DNA from: Parcubacteria group bacterium GW2011_GWA2_38_13
Lineage (GTDB): Bacteria > Patescibacteriota > Patescibacteriia > Buchananbacterales > GWA2-38-13
NCBI GenBank assembly: GCA_000992395.1
Contig: LBUD01000001.1
Coordinates: 1-41,723, forward strand
DNA length: 41,723 bases
Direction: 5' to 3'
Shown here: one piece after another, positions 35,688 through 41,723 of the stretch
How the letters are laid out: each line of letters begins with the position of its first letter
How positions within the stretch are numbered: the first letter of the stretch is position 1
The notes under the pieces: model-generated
What the model saw: the letters and a program-made list of their open reading frames with translations, nothing else
What the model was told of the DNA's origin: nothing
Database searches by the model: none
Position numbers and translations under genes: made by a program

Positions 35688-37421
35688 TCAAAAACTAAAT
35701 TTGTAAATTTTTAAATTGTCGACCTCCCATAACAATGAAATTTTTTGCTGCAAATATTCAGGCATTGTTGAATTTAATTTATCATCCCATACTAATATAT
35801 CTAATCGCGAAGCATTCATTTTTTCGTATTCTTTTTTTTCAATAAAATTTTTATATTGATTGGCAAAGGATGATTTTTCTTCATTTGACAAACATTCCAT
35901 ACATCCATACAATCTCTTATTTCTTGCTCCACCAGTAAATCTTGACAAATCTGCTTTTGTAGCATTATAAAAATTTTCCTCGGCTCCCGCCTCCACGCCC
36001 CTCATCCATGCCAATAAAAAAATATTATACAATAATCTTTTTGGATTTGTATTATTTAAATGGGAATATATTCCGTCGTACGGATAATGATGCGTATATG
36101 TGGAAACATTGATTGAGAAGTTCCGGTTATTGCTCAATATAACCTCCTCATTTTCGTATTCTTTATCAAGTCTGCTGAATATCTTTCCCCACGTCTGCAT
36201 TTGCGAATATTTTGGATACATAAAATAATAACTATTTTTTTGTACTACAATCGCATACCCAAAATTTATAATCAATATAAAAAACAGAAAGCAATATGAA
36301 AACACTTTTAGATTTCTATATACAATTCTAAAGAGAGAATAGGTTAAAACAGCTATGCCAATCGGCACATTAAAATACCAATGAAAGTGGCCTAAAAATA
36401 AAATTTTTCCAGTTATAATTTGCTGGTTAATCACAATGAATCCGGTTGCCAAAAGCAATAAAGAAAAATAATAAAAATTATTTTTTTCCTGCTTATAATA
36501 TGCAAGAAGCAATAGAATCAAACTCGCAAATACAATTTTTGAAAATACAAATTGACGCGACGCGTATAAATTATATCTTTCAGCCGTTGCCATATAGTTC
36601 AACCCGTGAATTGTAAAATAAAAGATTATCCAATATGGCAACGACACAACCAGCCCCGTGATCCCTATCCTTATAATACGTGCGATCATCATTCGCTCTT
36701 TTTTTATAAAATAAAATACGAAAAATAGCATAGATAATGTCAATATATATAACCATGAATATATATAAATATATATGCTTGCTCCAAATAAAATTCCGGC
36801 AATATAGGGAAACTTGCGTTCGGGTTTTGTGATGCTAAAATATAAAAAAATTAAAAATAGAAAAAAAACCATTGAACTTATTTCCGGAATAACCGGGCGC
36901 GAATAAGTAAGAAAACTTATATTATTCAAATTGCTGAATTTTAACTGAATAAAATTTATTAGCTCTTTTGGAGAATATGCAATCTGCGATCCTAAAAGAA
37001 TAAAAACACCTATGGCGGATGCAATAAATTTATTTTTTATCACGAGATAAAAAAACACATATATAATTAAAAACAAAATAATTGGAAAAATAAATCTTGT
37101 TCCCCAAACAATGGATGACGTATCGCTAAAAATTATTTTTAGTGGCAAAAACACTAATTCGCCAAGTGGCGGCTGAAAAAAAATATCGTTCCTTTCCTCA
37201 TATAAAAATGGATTTCCTGCGAAATAGTGGCCGTCGAAAATTTCTCGAATACGGCCAGAATAATATTCTTCGTTATCCGTACCGGCTAAATATATGCCAT
37301 GGTAATTTTCACCAAGCTCCAACTGAAAAAATAGCTGTGGAGATATATATAGTATACCAACGGTCAAAGACAATAAAATAGCAAAAAAGTGATTCTTAAT
37401 AAATTGTAATACGAAATTCAT
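35688..37421 (-). CDS. Large polytopic membrane protein, unassigned (GT-C-like transferase/polymerase candidate)
   Basis: 577 aa with about 12 or more hydrophobic segments, then a roughly 180-aa soluble C-terminal domain. An acidic loop after TM1 ([19 protein letters not shown]) is reminiscent of GT-C first-loop motifs. Confidence 0.45.
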   Translation of the reverse strand: MNFVLQFIKNHFFAILLSLTVGILYISPQLFFQLELGENYHGIYLAGTDNEEYYSGRIREIFDGHYFAGNPFLYEERNDIFFQPPLGELVFLPLKIIFSDTSSIVWGTRFIFPIILFLIIYVFFYLVIKNKFIASAIGVFILLGSQIAYSPKELINFIQLKFSNLNNISFLTYSRPVIPEISSMVFFLFLIFLYFSITKPERKFPYIAGILFGASIYIYIYSWLYILTLSMLFFVFYFIKKERMMIARIIRIGITGLVVSLPYWIIFYFTIHGLNYMATAERYNLYASRQFVFSKIVFASLILLLLAYYKQEKNNFYYFSLLLLATGFIVINQQIITGKILFLGHFHWYFNVPIGIAVLTYSLFRIVYRNLKVFSYCFLFFILIINFGYAIVVQKNSYYFMYPKYSQMQTWGKIFSRLDKEYENEEVILSNNRNFSINVSTYTHHYPYDGIYSHLNNTNPKRLLYNIFLLAWMRGVEAGAEENFYNATKADLSRFTGGARNKRLYGCMECLSNEEKSSFANQYKNFIEKKEYEKMNASRLDILVWDDKLNSTMPEYLQQKISLLWEVDNLKIYKFSF

Positions 37422-37448
37422 ACAATTATATGTGCGCTGAATAATTAC

Positions 37449-38066
37449 CTATTTTTTAAAAAATATATAATATCCGCTTGTCTGATTGCTCTTTGTTTTA
37501 CCAAAAATTTTATCAAAAAAATTTCCAAAAAATTCTATAATTTTATATTTACCCAGCGGACTTATCCTTAACCATGTTGCTATGGCTCCGCGAACATTTT
37601 CAACCTCCATTGAAGTAAAATTTTTAAATAAAATTCCCAAAGAATCTTTTGTAAATCTCCAATAATCCTTGTAATATCCTTCATGAGAATGATAATAATA
37701 TAAAAACGGAACATATACGAAACAATACCCTCCTTGTTTTAAAACTCTATGCATCTCTTGGCACGCTTTCCATGGGTTCTCAACATGTTCAAGCACGGCA
37801 ATACATATAATTGCATCGCAAGAATTATCGGAAAATGGAAGATTGTGTATGTCGCCAACGATATCCGGATTGTAATCTTTCACCGGATCCAATATTTTAT
37901 AATTTACTTTTTTAATAAGTGGGGTAATCCACTCTCTGTCCCGTGATTGGCGGTTTCCCCTTCCCTTCAAAGCCCGCAACCCGCCTCCAATATCAATAAT
38001 ATTTTTTTTCTCAGTAAAAATAATTTTTATCTTGTCTTCAAAGAATTTATCCCACATATTTTTCAT
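37449..38066 (-). CDS. Class I SAM-dependent methyltransferase
   Basis: IIDIGGGLRA (motif I-like); CDAIICIAVLEHVENP; LKQGGYCFVYVP. Confidence 0.75.
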   Translation of the reverse strand: MKNMWDKFFEDKIKIIFTEKKNIIDIGGGLRALKGRGNRQSRDREWITPLIKKVNYKILDPVKDYNPDIVGDIHNLPFSDNSCDAIICIAVLEHVENPWKACQEMHRVLKQGGYCFVYVPFLYYYHSHEGYYKDYWRFTKDSLGILFKNFTSMEVENVRGAIATWLRISPLGKYKIIEFFGNFFDKIFGKTKSNQTSGYYIFFKK

Positions 38067-38087
38067 AGAATTTTTTTTATTCCTTTC

Positions 38088-38837
38088 TTAAAAGGAATTG
38101 GCGAATATCCAAAGTCTTTGCGTCATAAAAATTGGGATGTGCACTCTTATTTTAAATATATTAAGTTGCTTTGATATTATATCAATAATTTCTTCCAGAG
38201 AATATTCATTAGGACCGCCAATTACATAAGTCTTTTTATTTGCTTTTGGCTCTTCTATCACTTTTATTATGGCATGGATAACATCATCTATATACACGGG
38301 GCAAAGCGTATAAGAGCCGTCACCGACAATAGGGATAAACCTTGCTTTTCTGATAATCCTTACGAGCCTTGCTATGGCCTCCTTATCTCCTGCGCCATAT
38401 ACCTCAGCAGGACGCAATACTACCCATTCATTGAAAAAATTCTTCACAGCTTGTTCCGCCAATAACTTTGAATAAGCATATCCCCCGCCATCCGAGCTCG
38501 CGGTCCTTGAACTTAAATATATAAATCTCTTTGTATTATTTTTTTTGCAGGATTCCAAAAGATTTTTTGTTCCTTCGGTGTTGATGGAAAAATACAATTT
38601 GGTGATGTTGGTATGGGTTATCCCTGCCATATGAACGACAACGTCCATATCAACGGTTGCTTTATCAAGACTATTTTTATTCAAAAGATCGCCCACGACA
38701 CAAACCACCCGCTGATCTTGAAATTTGGCGCGATCTTCCTCTTTTATTAAAACTGAGATTGAATGCCCAAACGGAACAATAAAATCAATCAATTTTTTCC
38801 CTATTATTCCGGTAGCGCCGGTAATTAAAATCTTCAT
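38088..38837 (-). CDS. NAD-dependent epimerase/dehydratase-family SDR
   Basis: MKILITGATGIIGKKL; YxxxK (YAYSKLLAE). The alternative start at 38858 (MNSKNNN...) would overlap the upstream GT2 by 17 nt. Confidence 0.8.
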   Translation of the reverse strand: MKILITGATGIIGKKLIDFIVPFGHSISVLIKEEDRAKFQDQRVVCVVGDLLNKNSLDKATVDMDVVVHMAGITHTNITKLYFSINTEGTKNLLESCKKNNTKRFIYLSSRTASSDGGGYAYSKLLAEQAVKNFFNEWVVLRPAEVYGAGDKEAIARLVRIIRKARFIPIVGDGSYTLCPVYIDDVIHAIIKVIEEPKANKKTYVIGGPNEYSLEEIIDIISKQLNIFKIRVHIPIFMTQRLWIFANSF

Positions 38838-38841
38838 ATTA

Positions 38842-39573
38842 TTATTTTTTGAATTCATTTATTCTGTATCGAATCATATTCCGCAAGAATTCAAACACGG
38901 TGCCCATCTTAATAAACGACCTTCTCCCTGTTAATCCTAAAAAAACCGTTGGGATCTCGCCAATCTTCAGATTGAGTCTCCGCGCTTGAATCATTATTTC
39001 CGCATCAATAAACCAATCGTCGGATGTAAGATGAAATTTTTCATATGCTTGCCGAGTAAAGATTTTTGGCTTAGCGTTAATATCTTTTGTGTGTAGCCCG
39101 GGAAATAAAATATGAAATATATTGTTGTATACGGCTGAAATACATTTCCTCCACACACTGTCTCCGCGCTTAATCCTAAAAGTTTTAACCAAATCAAATT
39201 TTTCATCTTTTATTTTTTTATATACCTTAGCTATATCCCCAATCGGCATTTGACCATCTCCATCTATCACTGCGATATATTGGCCACTTGCTATTTCTAA
39301 ACCGCTTTTCATATCCCAGCCCATCATCCCTTCTTTTACTTTTGCAATATAACGAATCCTTGAATCATTCGATGCAATATCGGCAACAACTATTGGGGTT
39401 ATGTCGTGCGAATCTTTTAAATAATTTCCAACAAGCATGAGCTCGTAATTTTTTATATTATTTACTTCCAGCTCTTGAATTGTTTTTTTTACAAAATCTC
39501 GCGCCGACTCTCCGGCACGATAACATAAAATAACAATTGATAATTCTATTTTTCCTGTATAAAAAATATTCAT
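38842..39573 (-). CDS. GT2 polyprenyl-phosphate sugar synthase-like glycosyltransferase (DPM1/ArnC/GtrB-like)
   Basis: LSIVILCYRAGES; DxD region IAVIDGDGQMP. A short soluble 243-aa form typical of Dpm1/GtrB-like enzymes. Confidence 0.8.
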   Translation of the reverse strand: MNIFYTGKIELSIVILCYRAGESARDFVKKTIQELEVNNIKNYELMLVGNYLKDSHDITPIVVADIASNDSRIRYIAKVKEGMMGWDMKSGLEIASGQYIAVIDGDGQMPIGDIAKVYKKIKDEKFDLVKTFRIKRGDSVWRKCISAVYNNIFHILFPGLHTKDINAKPKIFTRQAYEKFHLTSDDWFIDAEIMIQARRLNLKIGEIPTVFLGLTGRRSFIKMGTVFEFLRNMIRYRINEFKK

Positions 39574-39612
39574 AATTATTGAGCACCAATGGTATCGGCG
39601 TTTTTTGCTATA

Positions 39613-40212
39613 TTATTTTTTTAATATCATAGAATAATATATACATCCGCCGTTTCTGAAACTATTTTCTTTCACGCAGTAAAAATACTGTAATATTATT
39701 TTCTTATATTCGTTGGGTTTTCTGATAAAATCGCCTTTATCAAATTTTTGTACCAGCCGTACAAATCTGTTCTCCAATTCTTCAATTTTTGCGTCTTCCA
39801 TTATTAGCAGTGCACCGTCATTTTTTAAAACGCGGCGAATTTCCTTTATAACTTGTAAAAAATGTTCATCCGACAAATGATGCAGCATTGCCATAACCAA
39901 AACAAAATCAAAGGTCAAATCCGGAAAATCAAGCTTTGTTGCGTCCATTACACGGAAATCGCCTTTTTTTATTTTCTTTGCGTACTGAATATATTTTGGG
40001 GATATATCTATGCCAACATAGGTTTGGGACTGAAAACACTCATAGAATTCGCCAGTTCCGCAACCGATGTCAAGCACTTTCAAATTTTTTTTCTCACCCA
40101 AAGTCGCCTGAATAATTTCTTTTTGTTTTTTAAAATTCAATTCAATAATTTTTCTTACTATTGTAAAAGCTCCTGGATGCTTGGCTAAAAAATTTCTTAA
40201 TTCTTCAAGCAT
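39613..40212 (-). CDS. Class I SAM-dependent methyltransferase
   Basis: VLDIGCGTGEF (motif I); FDFVLVMAMLHHL; LKNDGALLIME. Confidence 0.8.
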   Translation of the reverse strand: MLEELRNFLAKHPGAFTIVRKIIELNFKKQKEIIQATLGEKKNLKVLDIGCGTGEFYECFQSQTYVGIDISPKYIQYAKKIKKGDFRVMDATKLDFPDLTFDFVLVMAMLHHLSDEHFLQVIKEIRRVLKNDGALLIMEDAKIEELENRFVRLVQKFDKGDFIRKPNEYKKIILQYFYCVKENSFRNGGCIYYSMILKK

Positions 40213-40216
40213 AAAA

Positions 40217-41335
40217 TTATTTATATATAAACTTAATAATATTTTCAGCTCTTTTCTCCCATGAATATTCCCTAAGATCGCGCATATAAGTTGCGTTCAT
40301 ATCCAGCGTTTTAATAATCTCCGATAGATTCTTTGGATCATCGGCTTTAAAATAAAAAATACCTTTAAATTTTTCTCCTATCTCATGAAGCGACGGAATA
40401 TCGCTTGCGATTATCGGCTTTCTGCTGGTAAGATATTCAAAAAACTTTAATGGCGACGTATAAGAAACTGATATTTTATTTTTAGCGCTATTCGGAATGA
40501 TTAATGCGTCCGAGGCAATTATATAATAAGGAATTTCACTGTATGCGATATGGCCAATTATGGATATGTTGCTTTTATTAATATTGGCTTGGATGAATTT
40601 ATCCGCGTCATATTTTGTACCCCCGACAAAAACAATATGGTAAGACTCATCTAAATAAACCGACGCGTCAGCCAGTGTTTGCGCTCCCTTCCAATCATAT
40701 AAATGCCCGGTATAAATAATAATTTTTTTATTTTCAGGCAACCCAATTTTTTTTCTGCATTCATTTTTATTCATTGGCATGGAAAAACTTTTAATATCAA
40801 CTCCATCGCGGGCTATAATAATTTTATCTTTTTCAATTCCATTTTCTACAAGTTCATTTTTCAGTATTTCTGTAATAGCCACTATGGCATGGCATCTATT
40901 CCAATATTTAATATACCACTTTTTATTTTTCGGCAAGGTATGCGCTTCCCAAATTACTTTTTTTGAAAAAAATTGTATAAAAGGAAGTAGATATTCATCT
41001 CGTGTATACAAAATAATATCACGATCCTTCCTCCTTAATAATAAATAAATGCACAGGCTGGCAACAAAAAAAACACTTTGAAACTTAATATAAATTCCTT
41101 GCGGCAGCTTCATGAGCCAATATGGATCAAGCGACCATATTTTTTTTACCATAAAGCTCTTCTTTACTTTGTAGTAAGAATATGGATCCTTATTCGCGTT
41201 GAGGACATCTTTTTTTGTCGGAACAATAAGCTCAACCGAGCATTGGCGTGAAAACGCTTCACACATTTTCATTATTTGTATCCCGTGCGCTTTTTCCGTC
41301 GGAATCCGTATATTGGCAATGTAGATTATCTTCAT
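40217..41335 (-). CDS. Glycosyltransferase family 4 (GT-B)
   Basis: MKIIYIANIRIPTEKAHGIQ N-terminus; C-terminal SYTSPLKFFEYLTSRKPIIASDIPSLHEI donor-binding region. Confidence 0.8.
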   Translation of the reverse strand: MKIIYIANIRIPTEKAHGIQIMKMCEAFSRQCSVELIVPTKKDVLNANKDPYSYYKVKKSFMVKKIWSLDPYWLMKLPQGIYIKFQSVFFVASLCIYLLLRRKDRDIILYTRDEYLLPFIQFFSKKVIWEAHTLPKNKKWYIKYWNRCHAIVAITEILKNELVENGIEKDKIIIARDGVDIKSFSMPMNKNECRKKIGLPENKKIIIYTGHLYDWKGAQTLADASVYLDESYHIVFVGGTKYDADKFIQANINKSNISIIGHIAYSEIPYYIIASDALIIPNSAKNKISVSYTSPLKFFEYLTSRKPIIASDIPSLHEIGEKFKGIFYFKADDPKNLSEIIKTLDMNATYMRDLREYSWEKRAENIIKFIYK

Positions 41336-41336
41336 T

Positions 41337-41723
41337 TTATGCCTGTAATTTTATAATAGTTTGATACACAAAAAGGTTGGGCGAAATATTTGCATTATAT
41401 TTCTCAAGCCAGTTCGGATACCAAACGTGGCTTTCCCTTACAACCCGGAATCCCGCCCGTATAATCATCTCCTTAAAACCTTTATAGCTTAATAAATGTA
41501 TGTGGCTTCTGTCGTTAAACACCTCCTTCAACCCATAGCGCCCCAAAAGCATCTTAATCCTGTTATTCCAAACGAGAAAATTCGGCGTAGTAATGATTAG
41601 CTTTCCATTGGGTGCAAGTATTTCCTTTATTATTGATAAAAATTTTTCTTGATCAAACAAATGCTCAATGAATTCGGCGCAAATAATAATATCAAACGGA
41701 TTTTCAATAAATTGCTTTGGCCA
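41337..41723 (-). CDS. Class I SAM-dependent methyltransferase, 5'-truncated by the window edge
   Basis: The reading frame stays open to the edge: ...WPKQFIENPFDIIICAEFIEHLFDQEKFLSIIKEILAPNGKLIITTPN, the Methyltransf_11-type motifs. The listed TTG at 41660 is internal. Confidence 0.7.
   Translation of the reverse strand, partial: WPKQFIENPFDIIICAEFIEHLFDQEKFLSIIKEILAPNGKLIITTPNFLVWNNRIKMLLGRYGLKEVFNDRSHIHLLSYKGFKEMIIRAGFRVVRESHVWYPNWLEKYNANISPNLFVYQTIIKLQA

Noticed and set aside
1-41723. Scan for CRISPR arrays, tRNA/rRNA genes, transposases, integrases, toxin-antitoxin or defence-system genes, and cobalamin/SAM riboswitches.
   Set aside because: Coding density leaves no gap larger than about 126 nt. 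No repeat-spacer periodicity was seen, and there are no DDE/tyrosine-recombinase-like ORFs. No leader is long enough for a riboswitch upstream of the rSAM or methyltransferase genes.

Overview
AT-rich, almost gap-free coding window with about 42 CDS; the longest non-coding gaps are about 50-125 nt. There are two convergent transcription blocks. 31 co-directional genes lie on + (115..30782) and 11 on - (right edge..30836). They meet at a bidirectional hairpin terminator (~30806-30837). Nearly every gene is sugar activation, tailoring or transfer:
- two divergent NeuB/NeuC pairs (nonulosonic-acid synthase / hydrolysing 2-epimerase) with a single CMP-NulO synthetase
- a PseB-like 4,6-dehydratase and the HisH/HisF/PP-loop acetamidino triad
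- gmhA-gmhB
- three cobalamin-type radical SAM enzymes and at least seven class I SAM methyltransferases
- a NodU/CmcH-type carbamoyltransferase
- a StrB1/AGAT-type amidinotransferase overlapping a NodB-type deacetylase
- an E1-beta-like ThDP subunit
- eight glycosyltransferase candidates (GT2, GT4, GT42/DUF115-like, two GT-C-like membrane proteins), a UGM-like flavoenzyme and an EamA-like permease
No rRNA, tRNA, CRISPR, transposase/integrase or phage genes were seen. My reading is a very large, hyper-tailored nonulosonic-acid glycan locus (methyl, acetamidino, possibly guanidino and carbamoyl decorations). It is coupled to a polyprenyl-phosphate/GT-C type extracytoplasmic glycosylation module in a compact low-GC genome. 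The style fits CPR/Patescibacteria-like or other small-genome uncultivated bacteria, but taxonomy cannot be proven from this window. All function calls come from motif recognition by eye in the supplied ORF translations, not from database searches.
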